This document shows, in pieces, positions 44,931-55,276 of a stretch of DNA of 64,000 nt. The notes under the pieces were generated by a model. It was not told where the DNA came from and made no database searches. It worked only from the letters and a program-made list of their open reading frames with translations. The stretch covers positions 16,678 to 80,677 of the forward strand of contig CAYTAR010000003.1 in the NCBI GenBank assembly GCA_964436015.1, written 5' to 3'. How positions within the stretch are numbered: the first letter of the stretch is position 1; each line of letters starts with the position of its first letter. The DNA is from an uncultured Candidatus Saccharibacteria bacterium (lineage in GTDB: Bacteria > Patescibacteriota > Minisyncoccia > Phycocordibacterales > GCA-2401445). The translations under genes were made by a program, and so were the position numbers.

Positions 44931-47356
44931 AGATTCAAGACATACCACATTTTGCAGAGCAGTACTCACCAGCGTTAGTGCTTGAGAGGTACGTATCCAG
45001 ACGCGCTCGTCGGTGGGTATTTTTTGCGACTTCCGTATTATTGTTGATTGGAGGGCTGATGGTAGGTGTTGATGTATTTATTCGTGACATACTCGCCGAG
45101 CGTCTACTCGGAATTACGTACGCATCACTTTCCCTTATTTCAGTCCCATGGCTTCTTTCAGTAATGAGTATTACTTTTTTTAATTCTTTCTATTACAGGG
45201 TTTTTGGATTATCAAAAAAGGATCAAAAAAATCAGCATATTACGTACGAGCTTGCTCAAGTTATGTGGCGAAGACGAAGTCGCGATAGTGTGTATGCGCT
45301 GTTTGCTTCGCCTATAGGGCAGTTGATTATGACTCGTTGTGGAATAACGAAAGAAAATTACACTGAATTTTTTGAAAAGTATCGCACAGATATTCCGTTA
45401 GATGAAAGTGTGGATGTGGGAGGTGATTCAGTTATTACCACAGTTGATTTTGTACGGGCAGTATATAAAGCAGATACACAGCTAGTTCAATTTCTTGCAC
45501 GTCACGAAGTAAAGGAGGAAGATTTTGTTGGAGCCAGTGAGTGGGTGATACGTCAAGTTCAAAATGCAAAACGAAAAGCGCGGTGGTGGAGCAGAGAACA
45601 GTTAGGGCTTATTCAAGGTATTGGAAAGGATTGGTCATATGGACGTGCGTATACACTTGAGAAATTTGCGTACACATACACTGGTATTCCAAGTACTCAG
45701 GAGGTAAAGGGGGCACTTAGGTCTCCTGAAGTTTCTCAGCTCGAAGAGGTGCTTGCTCGTGGACGTGAAGCAAATGCGTTACTGGTAGGGAAATATGAAG
45801 AGGGGTTGGATGAGGTGATACGAAAGTTATCGGCAAAAATTGTATCAGGACATGTGTTGCCCGAGCTTGAGCATAAGCAAATTTTCTTTCTCGAGGGAAT
45901 GGAGGTGCTTGCACGTTCTCAACATAAGAATGAGTTTGAAGACACCATGAATACTATATTAGCTGAGACGTCTCGTGCGGGAAACGTCATTCTTGCGATT
46001 ACTCATTTTCCTCAGTTTGTGGCGGGAGTGCATGAGGTTGGAGGAGATATACTTGAATTTTTAAGTACACATCTCTCAGGGAGACACATTCAGTTTATCG
46101 TAAGTGCAGAAGAAAATCTTTTTCAACAAACGCTTGAACATGACCGAAGAATTCGAGATATGTTTGAACGAATCACTGTACAGGGTGTTGATCGTGATGG
46201 ACTCGTGCGTGAACTACAGTCTGAAGCAGGGATTCTGGAAAGAAAGAATGATGTGTATTTTACTGTCCAAGCGATACTTTCTATTGTAGAAGCAAGTGAA
46301 CGGTACTTCACTGCAAAAACTGCTGTTGATTCAGGATTAGATTTACTCAATGATGTGGTTGCGTGGTGTGTCCAGAGGTCTATTGAGGTGGTTCGTCCTG
46401 AACATGTGTTTTCATTGGTAGAAGAGAAAACCGGTATTAAAGCCGGGAAAGTGGGTGAGGAAGAAAGGGTACAGTTGATGCAACTTGAAGAGATTATGCA
46501 CCGAAGAATTGTGGGGCAAGACGAAGCCGTATCAGCTATTGCTCACGCACTGAGGCGTGCGCGGAGTGGAATAGGAAACCCAAACCGTCCGATGGGTTCA
46601 TTTCTCTTTTTGGGTCCTACTGGCGTAGGTAAAACGGAAGTCGCAAAAACACTCGCGCAAACATTTTTCAAAAGTGATGATATGTTGGTTCGTTTTGATA
46701 TGTCAGAATATGCAAGTAGTGATGCGCTTGAGCGACTCATCGGTTCATTTGAAACCGGAACAAGCGGCGTTTTGGCTACTGCTATTAGGTCAAAGCCGTA
46801 TGGTGTTTTACTTCTCGATGAGTTTGAAAAAGCTCACGGAACAGTACATAACCTCTTTCTTCAGATTCTAGATGAAGGGTTCTTTTCAGATATGCGCGGT
46901 GAGCGAGTAAATGCACGCAATCTGATTATTATTGCAACTTCTAATGAGCAGGCTGACCAAATATGGCAGTTGTCTGAGGAAGGGAAAAAATTATCAGATC
47001 ACTATGATGCAATTATTCGGGGAGTAGTAGAGCATGGAACATTTCGTCCAGAATTATTGAACAGGTTTGATGCTGTTATACTTTTCCACCCTATTGGCAA
47101 AGCGCAGAAGGAGGGTATCGCACTTAAACTTCTTCGTGAAATTCAGGATCGCATGAAAAAGAAAGGAATCACATTGGTAATAAACGAGGCGGTCAGGTCT
47201 GCGGTGGAACGTGCACAGACTGATCCAAAGTTTGGAGCAAGGGCGATGGGTAGATTCGCGCAAGAGAGAATTGAGCAAGTAATTGCTGATAAAATAATTC
47301 AAGGAGAAATACAACCAGGTGCGGTTGTTGAGTTGACCGAGAAAGATATCCAGTGA
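44927..47356 (+). CDS. membrane-anchored ClpA/ClpB-like AAA+ ATPase with a degenerate first nucleotide-binding domain
   Basis: About 809 aa. TM helix around residues 25-50. The D1-like region lacks Walker A (ALLVGKYEEGLDEV). D2 is canonical (IVGQDEAVSAIAHALRRARSGI...FLFLGPTGVGKTE...LLLDEFEKAH). Confidence 0.7.
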   Translation: MKIQDIPHFAEQYSPALVLERYVSRRARRWVFFATSVLLLIGGLMVGVDVFIRDILAERLLGITYASLSLISVPWLLSVMSITFFNSFYYRVFGLSKKDQKNQHITYELAQVMWRRRSRDSVYALFASPIGQLIMTRCGITKENYTEFFEKYRTDIPLDESVDVGGDSVITTVDFVRAVYKADTQLVQFLARHEVKEEDFVGASEWVIRQVQNAKRKARWWSREQLGLIQGIGKDWSYGRAYTLEKFAYTYTGIPSTQEVKGALRSPEVSQLEEVLARGREANALLVGKYEEGLDEVIRKLSAKIVSGHVLPELEHKQIFFLEGMEVLARSQHKNEFEDTMNTILAETSRAGNVILAITHFPQFVAGVHEVGGDILEFLSTHLSGRHIQFIVSAEENLFQQTLEHDRRIRDMFERITVQGVDRDGLVRELQSEAGILERKNDVYFTVQAILSIVEASERYFTAKTAVDSGLDLLNDVVAWCVQRSIEVVRPEHVFSLVEEKTGIKAGKVGEEERVQLMQLEEIMHRRIVGQDEAVSAIAHALRRARSGIGNPNRPMGSFLFLGPTGVGKTEVAKTLAQTFFKSDDMLVRFDMSEYASSDALERLIGSFETGTSGVLATAIRSKPYGVLLLDEFEKAHGTVHNLFLQILDEGFFSDMRGERVNARNLIIIATSNEQADQIWQLSEEGKKLSDHYDAIIRGVVEHGTFRPELLNRFDAVILFHPIGKAQKEGIALKLLREIQDRMKKKGITLVINEAVRSAVERAQTDPKFGARAMGRFAQERIEQVIADKIIQGEIQPGAVVELTEKDIQ

Positions 47357-47373
47357 GTGTGGAGTAATTTTGA

Positions 47374-49056
47374 ATGTGGCAGTGGTATACTGAGTGTATG
47401 AAATCACGTTTTTTTACGCGACCTATTTTTTATATTCCACTACTCATGGTGTTTGTGGTGGGTATTATTGTATTCACTCAGCGTAATAATGAGTTGTTGC
47501 ATGAGACAGAGGTTGTAGCCCGCGGGACAATTCGAGAAGAAGTTACGTTGACTGGAAGAGTGGTTCCATCACAAAAGGTAGAGCTTGCATTCGAACGTGC
47601 GGGGAGGGTCTCACGTATATATGGTGACGTGGGTGATACTTTTCCCGCACAAGCTCTGATTGCAGAACTTGATTATCAAGATATATCAGCACAACTTCTT
47701 CAAGCGAATGCTAATGTGTCCGTTGAACGTTCACGATTAGAAGAATTATTGCGGGGATTGAGACCGGAAGAACGTGAGTCACAGGAGACTCGTGTGCGTA
47801 ATGCTGAGCGAACTCTTTCTATAGCGGAAGAAAAACAGATAACAGTTTTTGATAAAACAAAGCGAGATATGGAAGGGGTATATATTGATGCGTTGGCTAC
47901 AGTTAAGAATGCTGCTGTTGCAGGAAAAGACGTGCTTCTTAAGGCAACCGAGATTCAGTATCTGTATTTTAATTCTTATTCAACTGCGGATTCTGACCTT
48001 GCGTACATGAAGGAAGAGGCGGTTCGTTTGCTGTTTAGTGTATCTGGGGCGGGAAGGTGGAGCGTGGATGCGCTAAGTATTCTTGATGGGGGTGTATACG
48101 GTAACGCATTTAAGATTACACCAGATAATGAGGAGTCTGTTGAAGAGGCACTTAAACACACGCAGGAGGCCTTGTTGCGTATACGATTGTTTGTTACCAG
48201 TATTCCCGTTAATACCCTTTTTAGTGATACTGAAAAGACTACCATGTCTACACTGAGGTCAGTTGCAGAAACACATGTAGAGAGCATCGCAAACGCAATG
48301 CAACGAATAAAAGCACAGCGTATTGCAAATGAAAATGCGCTTGCCATCGCACGTGCCGAGGTTACCTCTGCTCAAAACGCTCTTGAAGTAGCACGAAGTG
48401 ACCGTACGGTTGCTACTGCAGGAACCGCAGATGAGCAGGTGCGTGCACAAGAGTCTCGTGTTGAATCGGCGTTGGCGAATGTCGCCAATCTTTCTGCGCA
48501 GATAGAGAAAATGGTTATACGTGCTCCATTTGAGGGAACGCTCACAAAGAATGATGCAGTGTTGGGAGAAATCATATCACCCCATACTCCATATTTTGGA
48601 ATGATTGGTACAGATATATTTCAAATTGAAGCGTATATCCCTGAAGCTGATATTGCAAAAGTAGCTCTTGGGAATACCGCTCGCGTTACGTTTGATGCAT
48701 ACGGCCGTGATGAATTTTTTAATGCAACACTTACTAGTATTGCTCCCGCAGAAACAATTATAGACGGTGTGGCAACGTATAAGATCACACTCAAGTTCAT
48801 TGAACCGGATGAACGAATTCGTTCAGGAATGACGACAAATATAGATATTATTACTGCTGAGAAAAGTGACGTATTCTCGGTACCGCTTCGCTCTGTTGTG
48901 CGTCAGAACGACCGACGGTTTGTTCGTGTGCTAGGTCCACAAAATGAAATTGAAGAAGTGGAGGTTACAACGGGACTCCGTGGAATCGATGGAAGAATTG
49001 AGATTATCTCTGGTTTAGTGGGAGGGGAACGCGTCGTGACATATTTTATTGAATAG
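47374..49056 (+). CDS. HlyD/MacA-type periplasmic adaptor (membrane fusion protein)
   Basis: 560 aa. N-terminal TM helix, biotin-lipoyl-like and long coiled-coil, VIRAPFEGTL beta-barrel. Confidence 0.75.
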   Translation: MWQWYTECMKSRFFTRPIFYIPLLMVFVVGIIVFTQRNNELLHETEVVARGTIREEVTLTGRVVPSQKVELAFERAGRVSRIYGDVGDTFPAQALIAELDYQDISAQLLQANANVSVERSRLEELLRGLRPEERESQETRVRNAERTLSIAEEKQITVFDKTKRDMEGVYIDALATVKNAAVAGKDVLLKATEIQYLYFNSYSTADSDLAYMKEEAVRLLFSVSGAGRWSVDALSILDGGVYGNAFKITPDNEESVEEALKHTQEALLRIRLFVTSIPVNTLFSDTEKTTMSTLRSVAETHVESIANAMQRIKAQRIANENALAIARAEVTSAQNALEVARSDRTVATAGTADEQVRAQESRVESALANVANLSAQIEKMVIRAPFEGTLTKNDAVLGEIISPHTPYFGMIGTDIFQIEAYIPEADIAKVALGNTARVTFDAYGRDEFFNATLTSIAPAETIIDGVATYKITLKFIEPDERIRSGMTTNIDIITAEKSDVFSVPLRSVVRQNDRRFVRVLGPQNEIEEVEVTTGLRGIDGRIEIISGLVGGERVVTYFIE

Positions 49057-49768
49057 TATGCCATTTCTTGAACTTGTGGATGTAAAAAAAGAGTATTCAG
49101 ATGGTACTCAGGCATTGCGTGGTATTTCTTTTACTCTTGAAAAAGGAGATTTTGTTTCTATTATGGGTCCTTCAGGTTCAGGTAAGTCAACCTTGCTTCA
49201 TATTTTGGGCTTTCTTGACACCGCCTCAAGCGGAATATATCGCTTTGACGGAAAAAGCTATGATGATTATACTCCTGACGAAGTTTCTCATGTTCGGAAT
49301 CAAAAAATGGGTTTTATTTTCCAGTCATTCAACCTCCTTTCTCGAGCAACGGTATTTGATAATGTCCTATTACCGCTCATGTACTCATCGGTTCCAGTAC
49401 GTGAACGTCGTGATCGTGTATTGTCAGCGATTGAGTCTGTTGGTCTAACACATCGTGTTACGCATCTCTCCTCAGAGCTTTCAGGTGGAGAGCGTCAACG
49501 CGTGGCAATTGCTCGCGCTCTGGTTAATAACCCCGCATTGATATTTGCTGATGAACCGACGGGAAATCTAGACTCAAAATCAGGTGAGTTAATTATGGAC
49601 ATTCTCTATGACTTGAATCAAAAACGGAATCATACCGTAGTGCTCATTACTCACGAAACATATACTGCGCTTTATGGGGACCGTATCATTACTATAAAAG
49701 ATGGAGTAGTTGAACGAGAGGAGAAGGTGGAACAGAGAAAAACGAGTAACGTTGGCTTTTTGAAGTAA
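49049..49768 (+). CDS. ABC transporter ATP-binding protein (MacB/LolD-type)
   Basis: 239 aa. GPSGSGKST, LSGGERQRVAIARAL, IFADEPTGNLD. Confidence 0.9.
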   Translation: MNSMPFLELVDVKKEYSDGTQALRGISFTLEKGDFVSIMGPSGSGKSTLLHILGFLDTASSGIYRFDGKSYDDYTPDEVSHVRNQKMGFIFQSFNLLSRATVFDNVLLPLMYSSVPVRERRDRVLSAIESVGLTHRVTHLSSELSGGERQRVAIARALVNNPALIFADEPTGNLDSKSGELIMDILYDLNQKRNHTVVLITHETYTALYGDRIITIKDGVVEREEKVEQRKTSNVGFLK

Positions 49769-49769
49769 T

Positions 49770-51014
49770 ATGACTTTTAAGGATAGTATCAGTACAGCAG
49801 TACGTGGACTCCGAGCGAATCTTTCTCGGTCGCTACTAACAGTGCTCGGTATTGTTATTGGTATTACCGCAATTATTCTTATGATGGCGATGGGTAAAGG
49901 TGCTGAAGGTTTGATTCTTAACGAAATAGCAGGTCTTGGTGCTGAGACAATTGTAATACGTCCCGGAAAACAACCCACTGGACCCACTGACTTTGGCGAT
50001 ACTCTGTTCTCAAACTCACTCAAGTCTCGTGATTTGGATGCATTGCGTAAAAAAAGTAATGTGCCACACCTTATCACCGCAACTCCAGTACTGCTTGTTC
50101 CAGGAACGGTATCATTTAGTGGCGAGACATACCGAGCAACGGTAATGGGTGGTGAAGCCGAGTTTTTTGCAGAATCATTCAATGTGTATCCTGATCGCGG
50201 GGTACTTTTTACTGAACTTGATGTTCGTCAACAGGCGTCTGTTGCTGTTATTGGCGATAAGGTTGCGAGAGAGCTTTTCGGTGATTCAGAACCTTTGGGC
50301 GAGTTTATTTCTGTACGAGATAGAAAGTTTAGAGTGGTGGGAATATTCCCCCCTAAAGGTCAAGTGGCTTTTTTGAATTTTGATGAAATGGTTATTGTTC
50401 CATACACCACAGCACAACTGTATTTACTTGGAATTGATTATTTTCACGAGATTATCACAAAGGCTGATAGTCCAGAATCAGTGGCGCGAACTGTTCAAGA
50501 TATTGAGTATACTTTGCGAGAAACACATAACATTCATGATCCTATTGATGATGATTTTTATGTCGCCACTCAGCAAGCCGCCGTTGAACAGATTCAAACA
50601 ATCCTAGGAACCCTTACTATTTTCCTGTCATCAGTTGTGGCAATCGGCCTTGTTGTTGGAGGAATTGGGGTAATGAATATTATGCTCGTATCAGTGATAG
50701 AACGTACTCGTGAAATAGGTTTACGAAAAGCAATTGGGGCAACAAATAAAGATATCTTAACTCAGTTTTTGCTTGAAGCGGTGATACTGACTGCGTGCGG
50801 AGGTTTGATTGGGATACTACTTGGCGCGTCGTTCGCATTTTTACTTTCGTATTCCATTACTCTTTTATTTGATTTAGCTTGGGAATTTGTGTTTCCCGTA
50901 CAAGGCGCATTGCTTGGAATCGGCATGTCGACTGTGGTTGGATTAGTTTTTGGTTTGTACCCCGCGCGCAAAGCTGCACTTAAAAGTCCTATTGAAGCTT
51001 TACGGTACGAGTAG
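49770..51014 (+). CDS. ABC transporter permease, FtsX/MacB-type
   Basis: 414 aa. N-terminal TM helix, large periplasmic domain, C-terminal 3-TM FtsX fold. Confidence 0.85.
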   Translation: MTFKDSISTAVRGLRANLSRSLLTVLGIVIGITAIILMMAMGKGAEGLILNEIAGLGAETIVIRPGKQPTGPTDFGDTLFSNSLKSRDLDALRKKSNVPHLITATPVLLVPGTVSFSGETYRATVMGGEAEFFAESFNVYPDRGVLFTELDVRQQASVAVIGDKVARELFGDSEPLGEFISVRDRKFRVVGIFPPKGQVAFLNFDEMVIVPYTTAQLYLLGIDYFHEIITKADSPESVARTVQDIEYTLRETHNIHDPIDDDFYVATQQAAVEQIQTILGTLTIFLSSVVAIGLVVGGIGVMNIMLVSVIERTREIGLRKAIGATNKDILTQFLLEAVILTACGGLIGILLGASFAFLLSYSITLLFDLAWEFVFPVQGALLGIGMSTVVGLVFGLYPARKAALKSPIEALRYE

Positions 51015-51083
51015 TGCTACCTAGATGTGCATAACGAGTAGCGAAGGGAGGGGTATACTGTGTATATAATTTAACATAACATT

Positions 51084-51521
51084 ATGACTACACTACAAAA
51101 AGTATCACTTGTATTGCTTCGGGTCAGTTTGGGTTGGTTGTTCTTTTATGCGGGAATTACTAAAGTTCTTAATCCTGCATGGACCTCTGCAGGGTATCTG
51201 AACAACGCAAAAACATTTTCAGACTTGTATGCATGGTTTGCTCAAGAGGGTATTATTGGATATGTAGATTTTCTTAATCAGTGGGGACTCACGTTTGTGG
51301 GGCTAGGATTACTTTTGGGTGTATGTACTCGATACGCTTCTATGGGAGGAATAGCGCTTATGGTACTTTACTACTTTCCAGTGCTCACGTTTCCAAAGGT
51401 AGGCAATGGATACATTATTGACGATCATATTATATACATTGTTGCATTCCTTATACTCATTGCTTTCGATGCTGGTCGCTACTATGGATTGGGCAAACAT
51501 TTGAGATGGATTAAGAGGTAA
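51084..51521 (+). CDS. DoxX-family membrane protein
   Basis: 145 aa. LLRVSLGWLFFYAGITKVLNP. Confidence 0.65.
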   Translation: MTTLQKVSLVLLRVSLGWLFFYAGITKVLNPAWTSAGYLNNAKTFSDLYAWFAQEGIIGYVDFLNQWGLTFVGLGLLLGVCTRYASMGGIALMVLYYFPVLTFPKVGNGYIIDDHIIYIVAFLILIAFDAGRYYGLGKHLRWIKR

Positions 51522-51539
51522 AAGAGTAGTATTGCTAAA

Positions 51540-51572
51540 CAAAAAACACTCATATGAGTGTTTTTTGTTTAA
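51540..51572. terminator. bidirectional Rho-independent terminator
   Basis: AAACAAAAAACACTCATATGAGTGTTTTTTGTTT. Confidence 0.8.
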
Positions 51573-51590
51573 GTAGAGTTATTTTGTGTA

Positions 51591-53876
51591 CTAGACTATT
51601 TCGCAGACACCAGCAGCACATGCAAGTTCCTTTTTCACATCTAGCTCATCTGTTTTTTCATACGTGATGATCTTTGAGTAATCAATGTGCTCTAGGTATT
51701 TTGCGAGCTCTTCGTATTTTTCTTTTGTGATAGTTTCATACGGAGCGAGTGGATACACGTGATTGTCTCGAGGTAGGAAAGAGAGGCCCCCAACGTAGTC
51801 CCAGTTTTTGTAAATCCACTGAGCGACATCTATCCATTCGTTCTCTCCAACAGAAACGGTCACTGAAGGATTGTGTTCCGTGTAGCTTTGCTTAACTGTT
51901 TTCCAGTGTTCTAGCTGATCTAATGCACTGATAGAGTCTTTAAAGAATTCACTTTTTGGTGCTTTGACAGGGAATTCAAGAACATACGTTGTTGCACTTT
52001 CTGCAGTTTGACCTATTTCTGGGTGATATGGTACTCCTTGGTCTTTGAGCATCTTAAATAGAGAGTCAGTTGCTGCGATACGAACTCGACGAATATAGTA
52101 TGGCGCATGTCTTGGGTGCATTCCTGAAGCACAGTCAACCATTTGTGAAAGGGTACCTGAAGGTTTTACACAGGTGATACAAGTAGATTCGTTCACTCCA
52201 AACTTCTTTGCGTATTGCTTGTTTATCTTGATAGCTTCAGCCTTAAGCTTTTCAAGAATTTTTGGATCTCGAGCTGCAGGGGAGTCCCACTGACCAGTCA
52301 TTGATACCCCAAGGAGGCGTTCACGGTCACAGTGTTCTTTCCATTCTTTTGAAAGGTACGGAAACTTAGTGAGTGTAGATTGGTAGGTGCCAAGAATTGT
52401 GGCAATACGGATTTTTCTCTTTAATGATTCAAGAGTGTCATCGTTTCGAGCAACCACTTCTGAGAGGTTACAAAATTGTTTTGATTGCAGAATAATTTCT
52501 CCACATGGATTTGTTCCGAGTTGGCCAATAAGATTTCCTTGCGCATCAAAGTATCCCTTGTATTCTTTAAGTGCTTCAATACGACGCTTTGGAAGGGAGG
52601 TAGTGAGTGAGCCACGGTTAAATATTCCTCGCTCTCCTGAACCTGACTTAATGAGCGCCATCCATTCTTCAAGAAATTCAGTATTAGAAGGCTTCTGGTT
52701 ATAGACAGCTGAGTTGTTTGCAAGCATTCGTTGTGGATCTGTATTGTAGAATGCCCCCTTTTTTGCATCACGGACTTCAGTATCGTCTAAATCTGATAGA
52801 GAAATCATTGCACTTCGTCTCACGCCTCCCGCAACGACACAGTCGCCAATCATGCAGATAATATCGTGCACATCAATAGTGCGAAGCCGTCTTCCTTGGC
52901 GTGAAAGCATTTTATCACGGGTGAAATCGAGGAGACGTTGGAGTGGGGCGGGACCAGAAGCTTTACCTCCCATAGTAGCAAGTCTGGTTCCAGCGGGACG
53001 AATGTGAGAGTAATCAAATGCAATATTATCGCCGTTTGCCCATGCGGTCATTCCGACAGTAAGAGCGTCAGCCCATCCTTCTTTTGAGTCTGGAATAACA
53101 TGCGTTTTTGGAGCTTTTCCATTCTGTCGCAATATTTGAGGGAATTTTTCAACATTGTGACTTTCAACTGACCAGCCTACACCTGTGCCGCACATAGACA
53201 CATACATAATTTCCGCAAGGTCTTGAAATGATTCAGGAGCGGTGTACGAACAATTGTATGCGCACACGTTTGTTTTTCGTGCCGCATTTCCTGCAAACTG
53301 AAGAAGTCGCATTGACGGCATTGCTTCATGTTTTAGAATTGCTTCACGAACTTCTGCGTATTCTTTCTTGGTGAGTTTTTCACCAAGGTTTTCTTTCATA
53401 AAGTCGACATACCTATCTACGGTTTCAATCCATGTTTCTCGACGCTTCTCTGTCTCAATCCACCGAGCGTACGTTCTATAGTAGACAAATTCTCCAAGAG
53501 GGTTTCTGAAATATTTTTTACTTTCAAGTGCTAAATCTCGTACATGCTGTGGTACTACCGCTCCTTGAGCGCGCATGCTTGCTCGGTTGTTACGATATAG
53601 GATGTATGACTTTGCAGTTTTTGCATACCCACCCAGTATCAATTCTTTTTCAACAGTATCCTGAATTCCCTCAACTGTTGGAGTAAAGTTTTTGTATCTT
53701 TTTGCGATACGTTCAACATCTGCTAATACTTTCTGCGCGACCTTTTTTGCATCTTTTTCCGAACCCTCGGATGATGCCGTCATCGCCTTATATACCGCTT
53801 GAGTAATCTTGTCGACATTGAAGTCAACAAGAGTACCGTCGCGTTTTTGAATTTGTCTCACCGCTCGTTGTGACAT
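51591..53876 (-). CDS. nrdJ: class II (adenosylcobalamin-dependent) ribonucleoside-triphosphate reductase with N-terminal ATP-cone
   Basis: 761 aa. N-terminal QKRDGTLVDFNVDKITQAVYKA (ATP-cone). NPCGEI active-site Cys loop. C-terminal CAAGVC redox pair, as in monomeric RTPR. Confidence 0.7.
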   Translation of the reverse strand: MSQRAVRQIQKRDGTLVDFNVDKITQAVYKAMTASSEGSEKDAKKVAQKVLADVERIAKRYKNFTPTVEGIQDTVEKELILGGYAKTAKSYILYRNNRASMRAQGAVVPQHVRDLALESKKYFRNPLGEFVYYRTYARWIETEKRRETWIETVDRYVDFMKENLGEKLTKKEYAEVREAILKHEAMPSMRLLQFAGNAARKTNVCAYNCSYTAPESFQDLAEIMYVSMCGTGVGWSVESHNVEKFPQILRQNGKAPKTHVIPDSKEGWADALTVGMTAWANGDNIAFDYSHIRPAGTRLATMGGKASGPAPLQRLLDFTRDKMLSRQGRRLRTIDVHDIICMIGDCVVAGGVRRSAMISLSDLDDTEVRDAKKGAFYNTDPQRMLANNSAVYNQKPSNTEFLEEWMALIKSGSGERGIFNRGSLTTSLPKRRIEALKEYKGYFDAQGNLIGQLGTNPCGEIILQSKQFCNLSEVVARNDDTLESLKRKIRIATILGTYQSTLTKFPYLSKEWKEHCDRERLLGVSMTGQWDSPAARDPKILEKLKAEAIKINKQYAKKFGVNESTCITCVKPSGTLSQMVDCASGMHPRHAPYYIRRVRIAATDSLFKMLKDQGVPYHPEIGQTAESATTYVLEFPVKAPKSEFFKDSISALDQLEHWKTVKQSYTEHNPSVTVSVGENEWIDVAQWIYKNWDYVGGLSFLPRDNHVYPLAPYETITKEKYEELAKYLEHIDYSKIITYEKTDELDVKKELACAAGVCEIV

Positions 53877-54091
53877 ATTATTTTTTTACCACTCACTAGT
53901 AATGTATGACTATTATAGCAAATAAGTTATACACATCTTGTCGGGCTACAAGATGCGTGTTCTGATTGGTGTAAAAATGTGGCTTACTTGCAAGCTATAA
54001 ATTAGACGGTTATTTCATTTTAAATAAAGTCATATGTAGAGCCATATTTTTTGGGGAGAAAATAAGTGGGGTATGCGTATATAATAGATGA

Positions 54092-54337
54092 ATGAGTTTA
54101 GAAGCAGAATCATTTGTGGGAGAGTATCGTCATTACAAAGGTGGTACGTACCGAGTACTTGGAGTTGCGCGTCACAGTGAGACAATGGAAGATATGATTA
54201 TGTATGCACCGCTACAACCGCACGAGAAAACAGATGTACGTGTATGGGTTAGACCCTTGAATATGTTCTTTGAATCAGTACTACTTTCGAATGGAGATAC
54301 GGTTCCTCGTTTTAGTAAACTAGAACAACATGGATAG
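54092..54337 (+). CDS. DUF1653 domain protein
   Basis: 81 aa. YRHYKGGTYRVLGVARHSETMEDMIMY matches the DUF1653 core. Confidence 0.55.
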   Translation: MSLEAESFVGEYRHYKGGTYRVLGVARHSETMEDMIMYAPLQPHEKTDVRVWVRPLNMFFESVLLSNGDTVPRFSKLEQHG

Positions 54338-54821
54338 GGGAGCAGTATACGGAGCGTTAGTGACTGGTGTTATCTTAGGTCTATTTGCTGTGTCATTTTT
54401 ACAGAGGTCTGCATTGGAAGTAGATTCTACAAATGATTTATTTTCACAGGTCTCAACCGCGACTAGTTCTACCGATGCATTTCCTGGTACTGTTTTAATT
54501 TCATTACATAACCCGAAAGCTTATTCAGAAATCACATCCCCACTTTTTGTTACCGGAGAAGCGAGGGGTGTATGGTTTAACAATGGTGAATTTACTGTGA
54601 CTGTATATGATGCTGACCGTATGCAGATAGCGGAAGCAAGTGCAACCGCACTAGTGCCAATTAATAACAGTGATGATTTTGTTCCCTTTGTTGCATTACT
54701 AAACTTTACTTCAAAGCATCCACGAAGTAATGGATTTATAATGGTAAAGAGAGGGGGTGCTTCAGCACTTAACCCATCACCATGGGATTATCGTGAGATA
54801 CCAATATACTTTGCACGATAG
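54330..54821 (+). CDS. membrane-anchored hypothetical protein (Gmad2/Ig-like domain likely)
   Basis: 163 aa. N-terminal TM helix and a beta-rich C-terminal region. Confidence 0.4.
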   Translation: MDRGAVYGALVTGVILGLFAVSFLQRSALEVDSTNDLFSQVSTATSSTDAFPGTVLISLHNPKAYSEITSPLFVTGEARGVWFNNGEFTVTVYDADRMQIAEASATALVPINNSDDFVPFVALLNFTSKHPRSNGFIMVKRGGASALNPSPWDYREIPIYFAR

Positions 54822-54908
54822 ATTAGTTGTGGTGATTAGACAAAAGTGTAGGGATTATATATTGTGGAGTTCTTCAGTATGGTTTGTCTGTGAACGTACG
54901 GTAGGTTT

Positions 54909-54979
54909 CGGGCTGTAGTACAGTGGTAGTATTTGCCCATGGGGTGGGTAAGACCCGAGTTCAATTCTCGGCAGCCCGA
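54909..54979 (+). tRNA. tRNA-Pro (anticodon GGG by hand fold)
   Basis: Cloverleaf folded by hand. Acceptor CGGGCTG/CAGCCCG has the C1:G72 pair and A73 diagnostic of bacterial tRNA-Pro. Anticodon stem TGCCC/GGGTA with loop AT-GGG-GT. T-arm CCGAG-TTCAATT-CTCGG. CCA is not encoded. Confidence 0.7.
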
Positions 54980-55002
54980 CATGGTATCCTATACCAGTTT
55001 GG
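54963..55002 (+). repeat. direct repeat, copy 1 (tRNA-Pro 3' end plus 20 nt flank)
   Basis: The 40-bp sequence aattctcggcagcccgacatggtatcctataccagtttgg recurs exactly at 55277..55316. Its first 21 bp also recur at 55137..55157. Confidence 0.85.
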
Positions 55003-55136
55003 CCATACATGCACTTATGCATGTATGGCGAGAATTGAAAGGCGGAGCGATGTTTTTGTTTGACTGCTTTTGAGTCAAGGCAAAAACCGCGAGCCGGGGT
55101 CGCGCAATTTTTCCGTCAGGAAAAATATGTGTGACC

Positions 55137-55157
55137 AATTCTCGGCAGCCCGACATG
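55137..55157 (+). repeat. direct repeat, copy 2 (21 bp of the tRNA 3' end)
   Basis: Exact 21/21 match to 54963..54983. Confidence 0.85.
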
Positions 55158-55276
55158 AAATGAATTATATTCATTTCGTAGTTGCGAGAATGAAGGAGGG
55201 GGTCAGGGAACCTTCGGTTCCCCGTGCAGGAAGGCAGTGAGTCTACGAGCGTTGGAAAACCGTGGGTTTCCAAGGA

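Noticed and set aside
49589-50182. 197-aa minus-strand ORF spanning the ABC ATPase and permease junction
   Set aside because: It is antisense to two well-supported transporter genes.
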